Positions 50,829-61,603 are shown, counted from the stretch's first letter. The stretch is 64,000 nucleotides of DNA from Mayamaea pseudoterrestris (GCA_027923505.1 BROI01000033.1:1-64000), one strand, 5' to 3'. The notes: generated from the letters alone by a model not told the origin. Numbers and translations are program-made.

Positions 50829-51956
50829 ATGGCCAACCACATTCATGATCTTCGAATCCACGCAATGTCTGCCGCACTGCCATTATCATCCGAGTCTCCT
50901 CCGGACAGCAAATGCGACTGGCGTCTCAGTCGCGCCGCTCGCGACATTATTGCGCAGTCCCTGCGACCTGCGCTCGGTTACACATCCGACGACAAGCAGT
51001 CCGTCTGGCAGCTTTTCGAGGAGGCAATTATATCGTCAGCATCACCATTGACGTTACAAAAGTCATGTTCTCTTCTTCCAACTCGAGATTTACAGCGAGT
51101 GCAGCAAGAGTCGGTCCGTCTCGTTCCTGCCATGCGACAGCCACCGAAACCATATCGACGAACACCCTTGCCAACTCACTGTTATCAATGCGGCCTTTGC
51201 AACAAGACATTTGTTAGTTTATACTATATGGACAAGCACTTTGACAAACATCATATGATAGAGAAGTCGACTGATATGATCTGTCCAGCGAATGACTACT
51301 GCTCCTTTCTTTCACCTACGGCTTGTCACGATCGAGCCGACGAACTTGAACCAGATTACTACGAGTCGGAGCGACGACGAAAGCAAAAGCAAGCAAAGTA
51401 TGCAAAGTTTTATCAAGAATCACCAAATGCTACAATGAAACGTCAACAATCGATGCCATGTCGCCCGCTCGACATGCAACAGGCCAATCAAGAGTGCCAT
51501 CAAGTTGTTGAAAGTTGCTTTGCGCACAATCAAACGCTTCAGTATTTACTCAAAGCCAGCTGGTGCAGTCGATCCTGCGAGGATCGATGGATGCGGCTGT
51601 TACAGCGAGGATTTCTTGGACCTGCGGGCAAGAGGACGCATCGTAACTTGGAATGGCAAGTTCATCCCTTGGGTTACGAATGGTGGAGCGAGCAGGAATG
51701 GATCAAGCACAGCAACTATTCGCTGTTTGGTAGTGGTAGATTGCATTGGAATATATTATTAGTGCTGCTCATTGGAACCGCGGCCATGTTCGCCGTGTTG
51801 AACGAGTTGTGGCGACTTCAAAAACGACGGACGCAACCAATGATAAGGTTGCTCCAAAGGAACAAGGGCGCGAGCACTTTTAAGAGTCTCTTGCGAGGAA
51901 GCCCTCCAGGAACGAGCTACGAGGGTAAAAGGATTGATAAGAGAAAAAAACAATAA
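50829..51956 (+). CDS. Cys-rich single C2H2 zinc-finger protein with C-terminal transmembrane helix
   Basis: YQCGLCNKTFVSLYYMDKHFDKHH; hydrophobic WNILLVLLIGTAAMFAVL. Start codon uncertain. Confidence 0.75.
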   Translation: MANHIHDLRIHAMSAALPLSSESPPDSKCDWRLSRAARDIIAQSLRPALGYTSDDKQSVWQLFEEAIISSASPLTLQKSCSLLPTRDLQRVQQESVRLVPAMRQPPKPYRRTPLPTHCYQCGLCNKTFVSLYYMDKHFDKHHMIEKSTDMICPANDYCSFLSPTACHDRADELEPDYYESERRRKQKQAKYAKFYQESPNATMKRQQSMPCRPLDMQQANQECHQVVESCFAHNQTLQYLLKASWCSRSCEDRWMRLLQRGFLGPAGKRTHRNLEWQVHPLGYEWWSEQEWIKHSNYSLFGSGRLHWNILLVLLIGTAAMFAVLNELWRLQKRRTQPMIRLLQRNKGASTFKSLLRGSPPGTSYEGKRIDKRKKQ

Positions 51957-52402
51957 TGTGCTACAGGTTATCGTGGCTGTGTAAACACACAAAACACTTT
52001 TTGGCGCATCCACAGGCTTGTGAGCAGCAATTTAAATAGAGTGCGGCAAAGCGATCAAGAGTAGCAAACTATGTATCCGAGGCACAACCGAATTGCAGGG
52101 AACGTGCAACAGGCCCTTGTCGTCTATAGGTCCCGTTGTTCAATCGAAGCAAAGCTGTACATTGTACCGGTAGCTCGCGTAGCGTTGTATCGAGATCCGT
52201 CGGAAAGAGAGTTTTCAGTGCCGCTATACTTCGCAACGGTTTTCAGCGGTACCGTACTCGTACGTCGTAGTACGAGTCCAACTTCCGACTCGCAGCCCGT
52301 TGACGGACCATTGACCACTGGAAAGCTCCCTTGTCGAAGCATAGACCACATTATCTTAATTAATTAATTTACCACACGACAGCGTTAATCGGACGTTCAT
52401 TC

Positions 52403-53506
52403 ATGGTATCGACTCGCGCAGGCGCGAAGCGCAAGCAGCCTGATGGCAAGCCATTGCGTGTGCCGGCAAAAAACAAGAAGCGGTCTCCAATTCTTGAGGC
52501 ATCATGTCAAAGCCGAGCCCTTTCCGTCGTTCCATATCAACCAATCCGCATCCTAGAGGTTCACAATGTGACGAATCTATACCTTTTTCAAGCGTTTGGC
52601 CTTCGAGCCGTCGCTGAACGGGTCCATCGCCATTCAACTAGCTTGGTGCGTCGAAACGTTGTTCGGCGTTTACAGTACTTGAAAGAGTCATTTGAGCAGG
52701 ACACTAGAGTAGACGAGAACGTCATTTGCAAGTCAAATCAGATTACGCAAGAGACGCTGGACTACTTGAGTCACTACATGAAGCAGCAAGATGAAGCTGA
52801 ACCAGGCAGCAGCAAAGAAAGCTTTCTTGACGTTTTCACCGCTGGACTTGAAACACTCGCTCGTTTACCAGCTTCGGCACATTTCCGACAAGCTTTGATT
52901 GAGAAAGTCGGCTGGCCTCTTTTGATCGAGCTGCTGCGTCGACACTATGCGAGTCTCCGCGCGCCGGTCTGCAAGTTACTATGTCTATGTTTCGCGGAAG
53001 ACTGCGGCGACGAGTTCATGTCAGCGTTTGACCGAGATTGGAATTTAAAATGCTTGGAGCTTTTCATGGAAGAAAAATATTTGTCGATTGTTTTCCACGA
53101 AGACTTTGAGCACTGGGGACTTTCCGCGACAGAATGGACGATTAAGCTGATGACGCCTATTTGCCGGACGATGATCCGCATGCCACAAATTGCTCGTGAA
53201 AATGAGATATTACTCACCACGATACACCCATTGTCGGTGCGCTACGCTACCCATTTCGCAAGCGTCACCGAACGCTTTAACGAGACTGAGAGAGCATTGT
53301 TAGCTTTGCAAGCAGAAAAGTTACGCTTATGCGACGAATTAAATGTGCTGGAGTGCCGACAAATGCGCATCTTAACCTTGCGACAACCAAGCAAAGCTGT
53401 CTTACTTAGGATCATACAGGACTATGCAGCTTTCAAAGCACGTTGGGGCTCCGTTACGCCACGTCTTGACGAAATGTCGGCACAATTGGCTCGGCTGCGA
53501 CTTTGA
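52403..53506 (+). CDS. Hypothetical protein (basic NLS-like N-terminus, helical)
   Basis: 367-aa ATG-initiated ORF with no recognised domain. Confidence 0.7.
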   Translation: MVSTRAGAKRKQPDGKPLRVPAKNKKRSPILEASCQSRALSVVPYQPIRILEVHNVTNLYLFQAFGLRAVAERVHRHSTSLVRRNVVRRLQYLKESFEQDTRVDENVICKSNQITQETLDYLSHYMKQQDEAEPGSSKESFLDVFTAGLETLARLPASAHFRQALIEKVGWPLLIELLRRHYASLRAPVCKLLCLCFAEDCGDEFMSAFDRDWNLKCLELFMEEKYLSIVFHEDFEHWGLSATEWTIKLMTPICRTMIRMPQIARENEILLTTIHPLSVRYATHFASVTERFNETERALLALQAEKLRLCDELNVLECRQMRILTLRQPSKAVLLRIIQDYAAFKARWGSVTPRLDEMSAQLARLRL

Positions 53507-53914
53507 GACGCAGCACGAGCATTAAAAGGATGGAAGACCATTGCATTGATTTATTTTCTTCAGCTCAGATCTAGTTAAAATTTTGTTACGCACATCAGCT
53601 CGTCCTTATTCTTTTCTCACTTGTATGTCAGCTAAATTTAATCGACAGTACATTCATGTGCCATTTTTTCTTGCAACTGTCCCACTTTTGGTGGCCAGCT
53701 GATACATACAGCATGTAGGCGTACTTGTAGCGATTTTTTGCATCATCGGATATGATTTCACATCTTGTCGTTAATTCATACGTGACACAATTGCGTTAGG
53801 CGTTGTTTAAAAAGCTAAACTAGTCAGCCCGCTAAAAACGGATGTCGCATGCGACACTCTTCCGGATCACTCGTCCGACGACCATACTTTTTTCTTTCGA
53901 TACACATATTCACC

Positions 53915-55285
53915 ATGACGAGCCATCAACCTCGAAAGGAACGCAATCATTCCGTCATCCTCTTTTACAAGTACTTTTTGCCGTCTGACTTTTCTTTGCT
54001 GCAGGAAAATCCCCGGCACTACGAGCAAGTGCTTTTGGATTTTTTGAAGAAAACATGCCAACGCCTCGAGCTTAAAGGTCGCTTGCTCGTTGCGGCAGAA
54101 GGCGTCAATGGAACACTTTCAGCTCCACATCGGAAGCGTATCGATGACTTTATTCAGACTGTAGAAAAGTACGAGCTGTCTCGTGAAAGCGAGTCTCTTG
54201 ATGATGCAATCTCTATGTCAAGCATGAATCATCCTGACGCCGAGACAGCAACGCCTATGCTCTTTTCCGACATTGACTGGAAGCATTCAACGAGTACAAG
54301 TGAACCATTTCCTGATCTGAAAATTGTAATAGTAAAGGAAATCATTTCATCAGGCGATGCCGTGTCAGTTTGCGATGTTAAGGAATTTGGTGGTCGGCAT
54401 TTAAATCCAGCCGACTTTCATCGCGTCATACAAGATGATCCAAACGTTGTTTTGATTGACGTTCGAAACCCTATTGAATATGAGATTGGCCACTTTGTCC
54501 ATCCATCCGAAGGTGCTGCTCCAACCATTAATCCAAACATGGTAACCTTTGCCTCCTTTGACTCTGGTTTCTGCGCCAAACAGGCAGACGAGTTGAAGGA
54601 CAAAAAGGTGCTCATGTATTGCACTGGCGGAATTCGCTGCGAAAAGGCATCGGCTATGCTCAAGAAGCGAGGCGTCAAGGACGTCTCGCAGCTAAAGGGC
54701 GGAATACATCGGTATTTGGAGGAATTTGGTGATGATGGGTACTTTCGAGGCTTGAACTTTGTGTTCGATCGCCGAGTTGCAATGTCGGCTTCTGAAGCGA
54801 AGGAATCATTGGATGAAGCAAAACAATCTACCCAAGAAGTCGTTGGACGATGCTTTGAATGTGATACGCCATTCGAGGAGGTCTCGGGATCAAACATTTG
54901 TACTGTTTGCAGAGACGTTTGCTTGATGTGCCATGACTGCAAGGCCAAGCTGAGAGAATACCACTGCCGACGACACGCTGCATGGAAGAAGTGCTATTTT
55001 ACGTTTCTCGAAGTCTTTGATCGCGACGAGTTGGATGTCCAGCGGCAAATGTTGGTGGCGTTTCGCGACGCTACAATGAAACCAGATCCGCAAAAGAACA
55101 AGAATATGCGACGGACCCTTACCAAGCAAATTGACAAGGTAGCAGAACGAATACAAGAACTAGACTTGCAAACAGCCACTTTTGATCGAAATGCTCCCCA
55201 ACGATGTAGGAGCTGCTTTGAACCAAGTTCAAAATGCGATGGATGCTGCTGGGGGTTCTGGAAGGCTCCGATTGTTGACCCATAG
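53915..55285 (+). CDS. Rhodanese-domain protein, TrhO/TSTD2 (UPF0176) family
   Basis: LFYKY, KGRLLVAAEGVNGTL, DVRNPIEYEIGHF, MYCTGGIRCEKAS, QLKGGIHRY, NFVFDRR and a C-terminal Cys cluster. An upstream in-frame ATG exists at 53849. Confidence 0.9.
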   Translation: MTSHQPRKERNHSVILFYKYFLPSDFSLLQENPRHYEQVLLDFLKKTCQRLELKGRLLVAAEGVNGTLSAPHRKRIDDFIQTVEKYELSRESESLDDAISMSSMNHPDAETATPMLFSDIDWKHSTSTSEPFPDLKIVIVKEIISSGDAVSVCDVKEFGGRHLNPADFHRVIQDDPNVVLIDVRNPIEYEIGHFVHPSEGAAPTINPNMVTFASFDSGFCAKQADELKDKKVLMYCTGGIRCEKASAMLKKRGVKDVSQLKGGIHRYLEEFGDDGYFRGLNFVFDRRVAMSASEAKESLDEAKQSTQEVVGRCFECDTPFEEVSGSNICTVCRDVCLMCHDCKAKLREYHCRRHAAWKKCYFTFLEVFDRDELDVQRQMLVAFRDATMKPDPQKNKNMRRTLTKQIDKVAERIQELDLQTATFDRNAPQRCRSCFEPSSKCDGCCWGFWKAPIVDP

Positions 55286-55414
55286 TATCTAGCACTAGGT
55301 ACCACGAGAGCTTTGTATACAATGCTGAAGTAGTTTACAGTTAGTTATGGAAAATTTAGCACTGATGGATGGCCAAGCATCTCCATCATCTCTTGGATGC
55401 GCTACCTTACGGTC

Positions 55415-56794
55415 TTATTCGTTGTCTTGCTCTGCCTTCCAGCGCAAGTAAGATGCGATGCAGTCATCCAAGAGCTCGCCATCCAAAAATGCTTGTGCAT
55501 TTGTTGTTTCCCAACTTGTTCGCTGATCCTTGACCATTTTGTATGGATGCAGAACATAGTTACGAATTTGATTGCCCCATGAAGCTTCCACCAAGTCGCC
55601 TCGAATCTCTTGAATCTTTTGAACACGCTGCTCCTGCGCAATCGCCAAAAGTTGCAATTTTAAGCGTTTCAATGCAATCTCCTTGTTCAATGGTTGACTT
55701 CGTTCCTGCGTACACTTGACTTGCAGACCGCTCGGCAAGTGCTTGATGCGAACCGCCGAGCTCACCTTGTTGACATTTTGGCCTCCCTTGCCACCAGCGC
55801 GCATGGCGGTAATCTCCAAGTCAGAGTCTGGAATCTCAATATCCTTTAAGTCAAGCTCATTCATGACATCAGGAGCAACATCCACACCAGCAAAGGTTGT
55901 TTGCCGCTTGCTATTGGCGTTGAAAGGACTTAGCCGCACCAAGCGATGCGCTCCCTTTTCACCCTGCAGCATGCCGTAGGCATTGGTACCCGTAATGAGC
56001 AGCTCCACACTCTTGTATCCGACAACGTCTCCATCCTGCGTGTCTTCCACCGTGACGGAGAACCCCATGTTTGCTGCCGCTCGTTCATACATGCGGTACA
56101 GCATGCTGACAAAGTCATTGGCTTCCGTGCCACCGGCGCCTGCCGTAATGACGAGCCGCGCCGGCGCCTGATCATACGGACCTGAAAGCAATAGCTCCAG
56201 AGCGTAGCGCTCAGAGTCTTTGAGCAATTGTGTTGCAGTGGTGGACAGTTCAGAAAGCAGTAAACTCCGCTCGTCATTTGTTGTGATGGTTTCATCCTGA
56301 ATCATTTCCAGCGCAACGAGACAATCGTCCTTCCATTTGTCCCATTGTTGTAGTTGTGACAGTTTTCTTGTATATGCAGCAATATCCTGATTCACCTTTG
56401 TGACTCGATCACTGTTTGAATTGTAAAAGTCTGGATCTGATTGTTCCTGCTCAAGTGACGCAATTTGAGCCGCGATTGCGGAAGCATCCAAAGGTAGGGA
56501 TTGCAGGTTCTTGGAGTAGAGTGCAATGGCTTGATCAACTATTCTTTTTGTGTCGAGTAGCTCCTGATCAAATGATATTTCAGGTATTGAATTCTTTGCG
56601 CTGCTATTGGATGCAAATAGACGTGTATTTTGAAATAGAAAAGAAGTTACCGCATTCGATGCAGATGATTGTCGATACCGGCGTTGATCAAAGGCCGCAT
56701 TGCCGTGAACGACAAACGAAGTTACACATTGTATCCTTCGTCTACAAAAATATAGCACAGCCAACTTCATGGTTGTGACAATAGAGCGCATCAT
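55415..56794 (-). CDS. prfB: Peptide chain release factor 2, probably plastid-targeted
   Basis: SPF anticodon-mimic (VRLSPF), GGQ motif (GGKGGQNVNK), WGNQIRNYVLHPY. N-terminal extension with CVTS-F. Confidence 0.93.
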   Translation of the reverse strand: MMRSIVTTMKLAVLYFCRRRIQCVTSFVVHGNAAFDQRRYRQSSASNAVTSFLFQNTRLFASNSSAKNSIPEISFDQELLDTKRIVDQAIALYSKNLQSLPLDASAIAAQIASLEQEQSDPDFYNSNSDRVTKVNQDIAAYTRKLSQLQQWDKWKDDCLVALEMIQDETITTNDERSLLLSELSTTATQLLKDSERYALELLLSGPYDQAPARLVITAGAGGTEANDFVSMLYRMYERAAANMGFSVTVEDTQDGDVVGYKSVELLITGTNAYGMLQGEKGAHRLVRLSPFNANSKRQTTFAGVDVAPDVMNELDLKDIEIPDSDLEITAMRAGGKGGQNVNKVSSAVRIKHLPSGLQVKCTQERSQPLNKEIALKRLKLQLLAIAQEQRVQKIQEIRGDLVEASWGNQIRNYVLHPYKMVKDQRTSWETTNAQAFLDGELLDDCIASYLRWKAEQDNE

Positions 56795-57131
56795 ACATAT
56801 GTAACGGCGTTTCTTGATCGGGTTTTGCTTTCAAGGAAAAAGTTGATGGTCGTCGAAGTGAAAACCGCTACGACACATTGTTATGCCTCGCGCATTATTT
56901 TTCGCAAGCCTACCGAGCGGTAGCAGTTGACTAGTCCAATGGATCATGGCACTTGAATGTCCTACCAACCTGTTACCTAAACAATCTCTGCGCTCAAACG
57001 GGTGGCAAGCTGCGTGACTAACCTGGTTTTGCTACAAGGCTTTTATTCAGCACTTTACTCCAAATTAGCAACTTACTGTTGTTTTAGGGCTAGGAGTATT
57101 GAATATGTCGGACACTTACTTTTACCATTCA

Positions 57132-57989
57132 TCAACAACCACCGCAACCTCCACCGCCGCCTCCGCATCCACCCCCTCCTCCACCACTGCTACCACCGCC
57201 GCCGCCACAGTTTCCTCCACCTCCACCGCTGCAACTGTGATGACCGCCACCACCGCCACTACTTGCCCAGCTGGATGTATGACAGTGCGTTGTAATGCCA
57301 CAATGAACTGGCACAAGAGAGTCGCCGCTATCGAGGTATGGAAACATGTTCGTCGAGGAAGAACGTGTCGTCGAAAAAGTCGTCTTCTTACGTGGCGGAG
57401 AAGAGACTGGAGGACGAGTCGTCATGGGACGATTGGCCTTGGGCGAGCTTGGAGTCTTGAGAATGGGCTTTGGCATTGGCACCTTGCCCGATGCAACCAC
57501 TTTTGAACCACCTTCCACCTTGACATTCGTTGCGTTCCCCAGTTCGCGAGCGTCGCAAGCCAACGCAGTGTAGCAAGTCCACCAGGGCTCACTCTTGGCC
57601 GTGCCGATGGGAGCGTTGCCCGATTGAATGGCGACGCGAAGATGCTCCACCATGCGCTCCATCTCGTGTACCTTTCCCGTCAGGTAGTCATACTCCATCT
57701 TTTCCTCGCGCGTCAACTTCTTGCCGAAGCAAGTGCACTTCTTGGTCTGCATGGAAGCAAGGTTGGCGGCATGATGTTTAATGTTCATGACGAGGAGTTC
57801 CTGGAGAATGCGGCAAGCATCGACGAGGCAGTCGCTTTCTTCGTCGAGCGAGTAGTAGCCGACACCGCGGCTAGCCGATCCAAACACGTATCCATCCTTT
57901 GGTTCCTTGGCAGCGCTAAAGGCAGCGATAAAGTCGAGATCAAGTTTGTTGGCGTCCTTCAACGCATCCTGGTCGGAGAGCGACGGCAT
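57132..57989 (-). CDS. Hypothetical protein with Gly/Cys-rich C-terminal tail
   Basis: 285-aa ORF ending ...GGGGGGGCGGGGGGCGGC. Confidence 0.72.
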   Translation of the reverse strand: MPSLSDQDALKDANKLDLDFIAAFSAAKEPKDGYVFGSASRGVGYYSLDEESDCLVDACRILQELLVMNIKHHAANLASMQTKKCTCFGKKLTREEKMEYDYLTGKVHEMERMVEHLRVAIQSGNAPIGTAKSEPWWTCYTALACDARELGNATNVKVEGGSKVVASGKVPMPKPILKTPSSPKANRPMTTRPPVSSPPRKKTTFSTTRSSSTNMFPYLDSGDSLVPVHCGITTHCHTSSWASSGGGGGHHSCSGGGGGNCGGGGGSSGGGGGGCGGGGGGCGGC

Positions 57990-58523
57990 GATGGCGGTGA
58001 GCTTGGATTCGCAAACCGAAAATTGTGATCAGTTTCTATGCAAACTCGATTTTGGTGTTGGAACATGATTGACTTCCTGCAAACTAGCAATTGCAAATAC
58101 ATTGCGGCGGCGCAAATTCTGACACCATCATTCCATTCGCAGTGTGCTGCAAGGCGCGGCAGCAAACAAGCGTGTAGAACCTCCAGACGACAAGCTTGAC
58201 GAACACTGAGGAAGCTGCACTTGGTAGAATCTTCATGATGCATGCGTGCGTGCGAGTACGTCGTATCCATCGCTCGGTTGAGAGTCAAGTTGGTGCAATT
58301 GCAACATGCGAAATTCTGACACCCATCGGCAATTCTCTCATTTTTCGTCGTCGCAACCAGGTGGGCTAGCTTTGCTTTCTCAGCAGTACTGCGTTGTAAC
58401 GCTTCGTCATTGTTGTTGAGGAACATTGAGGAAGCTCATCAGTCTGACAGCCATCTTTGTTGGGATGATCAAGCATCATGCTGCCAAAGATAACAACGTT
58501 TCACAGTACTGTATTGTCTTCTG

Positions 58524-58695
58524 TGACGTAGTTTTCACTGGCACTCGTTTCACAATATTGCCTACTGACGTAGTTTTCACTGGAACTCGTTTCATATTAT
58601 TGCCTCATGACGTAGTTCTCACTGGCACTTGTTTCCTAATATTGCCTCATGGCGCAGTTTTCACTGGCACTCGTTTCACAGTATTGCCTCATGAG
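58524..58695. repeat. 42-bp minisatellite, 4 copies, three carrying TGACGT
   Basis: tgacgtagttttcactggcactcgtttcacaatattgcct(ac/ca) at 58524, 58566, 58608 and 58650. Confidence 0.9.
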
Positions 58696-58712
58696 TGAGT
58701 GTACATTGATTG

Positions 58713-58898
58713 CCGTTGAATGTCAAAGTTTTTGGCACTATGATCCAGAGAGTAGCATGCGACCGTTACAAATTTTGGCCTCTAGATGAAACAAATCAAA
58801 GTTTTTGGCACTGGCATCCGTTGAAAATCAAAGTTTTTGGCACTATAGTCTAGAGTGTACAAGCGATAACCGTTGAAAATCAAAGTTATTGGCACTAT
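58713..58898. repeat. Cluster of (ccgttgaaaa)tcaaagtt(t/a)ttggcact motifs
   Basis: Copies near 58714-58740, 58795-58812, 58818-58845 and 58870-58897. Confidence 0.8.
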
Positions 58899-58994
58899 GG
58901 ATTAAGAAGTACTCTGACAGAATTTGGCACGATCGCTCGCAGCACGTCGGTACATCAGCTTTTCGCGCTCGTCATACTCGTAATCACCTTCTCA

Positions 58995-60143
58995 ATGATG
59001 GCGGTGCCTCCAGTGCGACGGATTCAAGTCCTGGCATGTCTGCTAGTGTCTAGACGTGTGAGCGGCTTTCATACATTGGTTGCAAATCCATGTTTGAGAG
59101 TCCGATTGTCGTCTTTTTCAACAATTGATTCCGTTCCATCAGTTCCATCGTCGTCATCCATTTCTGCAGCTGCATCGATCGATGATGATGATCACCCTTT
59201 CCATTCATTGGAAACGAAGCAATTGCTCGAAACAGCAGAGTCTGCAGCTAGAGCCGCGGGTGCTATCATCTCGAAGCATCTCGGTTGCTCCAACCGGCCA
59301 CCAGAATCATTGCAAGGCAGCAGCACCGACGGCAGTCAAGCGTCCATCACCACGCAGAAATACAGCATCAAGGATGTTGTCACGCAGTACGACAAGGAGG
59401 CACAAGCGGCAATCCTCGATATTATACAGTCAACATATCCCAATCATGCCTTTCTGGGGGAGGAGGATGTTGGAGCCGGCTCACAAGCCAGTGAGGAAGC
59501 GCTCGCACTGCGACTTGATCAAAGTACAAGTGGACGAGCAACGAGCAAAAACGATAACGAAAGTGGCTACTTATGGATTTGTGACCCCATTGATGGAACG
59601 GCAAACTTTGCATCTGGCTTGCCGCTCTGCGGCGTGACTCTCGCCTTGGTACACCACGGCACGCCAGTCCTTGGCGTCATTTTCGATCCGCACCGCGACG
59701 AGCTCTTTGCCGCCGTGCGTGGCCAGGGCGCCACCATGAACGGCGCACCGATTCATGTGACGGATACCATCACGGACGTGAAGGACGCCATTGTCAACGC
59801 CGGATGCCCGGCCGACGTGAACGCCTTTGCTTCAAGCATGCGCGGCATGCTGGCGCTCAATGGTTCGTGTCGGGGTTTGCGCATCATGGCTTGCTCGGCC
59901 ATGACGCTGCCGTGGATCGCCTGCGGACGATTGACGGCTCATTTTGGCTATGACCTCAGCAGCTGGGACTTGGTAGCTGGAGCGCTGATCATTCAAGAGG
60001 CTGGAGGCATGGTGACGGACTTGGACGGTTCAGCCTATACGTTAAAGACGAGGAATATGCTCTGCAGCAACGGGCATGTTCATGATAGAATCCTTGACGT
60101 TTTGAAAAGAGCAGATGCAGTGTCATTCGAACGAGCAACGTAA
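58995..60143 (+). CDS. Inositol monophosphatase family protein, probably plastid-targeted
   Basis: FLGEE, WICDPIDGTANF, WDLVAGALIIQEAGG. Signal peptide followed by VSG-F and a Ser-rich transit peptide. Confidence 0.93.
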   Translation: MMAVPPVRRIQVLACLLVSRRVSGFHTLVANPCLRVRLSSFSTIDSVPSVPSSSSISAAASIDDDDHPFHSLETKQLLETAESAARAAGAIISKHLGCSNRPPESLQGSSTDGSQASITTQKYSIKDVVTQYDKEAQAAILDIIQSTYPNHAFLGEEDVGAGSQASEEALALRLDQSTSGRATSKNDNESGYLWICDPIDGTANFASGLPLCGVTLALVHHGTPVLGVIFDPHRDELFAAVRGQGATMNGAPIHVTDTITDVKDAIVNAGCPADVNAFASSMRGMLALNGSCRGLRIMACSAMTLPWIACGRLTAHFGYDLSSWDLVAGALIIQEAGGMVTDLDGSAYTLKTRNMLCSNGHVHDRILDVLKRADAVSFERAT

Positions 60144-60619
60144 CAGACGCGCAACGATTGTGTTTGATGCAGTGGCTGGTGTATCTGATGCCTTGCATGC
60201 AGCGAGCGTTCGTACGAAAGAGATCGCGTCAGCAGCTTGCTACTAATATCAAGCTGGTAGAAAGCCGTGCTGCATAGGCACCACTGGTGTGATCTTATAA
60301 ATTGTAGAGTTACATTATACTCATTTTTTACGCTATTAATTTTACGACTACAAGTTTCTCTTTCTGCATTGAGCGTCGGGGCTCAAAAACTTCAACACCG
60401 TTTCGCTTGTATCCAGATCGCCTCGGTCGTGTTATAATTGATGCTTTACACCTATTCGCTAAAGCAGGGGACTCCTGCAAGTAATATGTATTGTTGTTCG
60501 AACGCTCAAGTAGGGAAAAACAGAAGGAAAGCGTCATGCATTGGCAAAGGCACGCTCTTCATCATAATTTCCCCGTATCCTCCTCCATCACAACCAATCC
60601 AATCCACGCTTCGAAAATG

Positions 60620-61141
60620 TTACGCATCATCCTCCATAGTTGCATCTGCAATCGTTGACGTCACTTCATGATGACTACCGGTAGTTGCAGCCGCCACAAC
60701 ATCCTGCGCTGCCTCCCACTCGTTCTCCGCCACTGGCAGCAGGACGTACCAAAGTGCATTGTCGTCAAGTGCCAGTGACTCGAGCGTCGCTTCATCGTCC
60801 TTCAAAACTTGCTGCTGCTCATTCAGCAGCCGCAGCGACAGCGGATCATCGGGAGGAGTCGCGGAGTGCTGCCGCATGGCGCTGCATACTGATTGCTTGA
60901 CGCTGGCGACGGAGTCTTGCAAGTCGCACAACAGGCAGTATGTTTGTTGGCGGTGCTTGACGCGCATGTAGCTGCAACAGCGATCAATATATGAATCGTG
61001 AATACATGATGTACATGTTAGTATTTTAAATTTGGAATATATTGCGTGATGGAACGCCGTGTGCGTTGTTGTCATGAAGCAGCAGCAGCAGCAACAGCGG
61101 CTTGACGCCTTATTCACTTACACTTGAGTCTTGTCTGACAT
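60620..61141 (-). CDS. Ubiquitin-like, Elongin-B-like protein (1 intron, 60972-61121)
   Basis: Exon 61141-61122, a GTAAGT..TTGCAG intron and exon 60971-60620 give 123 aa MSDKTQVYMRVKHRQQTYCLLCD...LKDDEATLESL, resembling the Elongin B ubiquitin fold. Confidence 0.72.
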
Positions 61142-61282
61142 TTTTGTTTCCAGTGCCTTCGTATGGAACCGCAAATTAAGTCGCAGCAAGTCGATGAAAC
61201 AAGACGAAGAAGAAGATGCTGCAAGGACGGACTCGTCTTCCATGGTGGCGCTCTTAAGAGAACCGCTACGACTTTTGGCCGC

Positions 61283-61464
61283 TGGCACTGTGGCTCAAAC
61301 AGTAGTCCAAAAACTTTGATTTTCAACGGTCGTTTACTGTGGCTTAATAAGTAGTGGCAAAAATTTTGAAAGATATCAAAGTATTTGGCACTGTGTCTCA
61401 AACAGTAGTCCAATAACTTTGATTTTCAACGCATGTTTACTGTAGCTTAATAAGTAGTGCCAAA
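61283..61464. repeat. Two tandem ~80-bp units (103-bp period) carrying the reverse complement of the 58.8-kb motif
   Basis: tggcactgtg.ctcaaacagtagtccaa(a/t)aactttgattttcaacg...taataagtagtg(g/c)caaa at 61283 and 61386. Confidence 0.85.
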
Positions 61465-61603
61465 CGTCCGTCCGGTACTAGATGTGACTCATTCGTCTCC
61501 TCGCTCGTCTCGTCGCATCATCGCGCTTTTCTTGTTCCATCTTCGCTCTCATACTGTTCCAGGATGCGCACATAATTCCTCGAACCTTCCGTTTGCTAAT
61601 AAG

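Noticed and set aside
55415..56794. Programmed +1 frameshift typical of bacterial prfB
   Set aside because: The ORF is continuous, as expected for a nuclear-encoded organellar RF2.
58713..61464. Composite transposon capturing the IMPase and Elongin-B-like genes
   Set aside because: Motif variants are not in mirror order, and there are no continuous TIRs or TSD.
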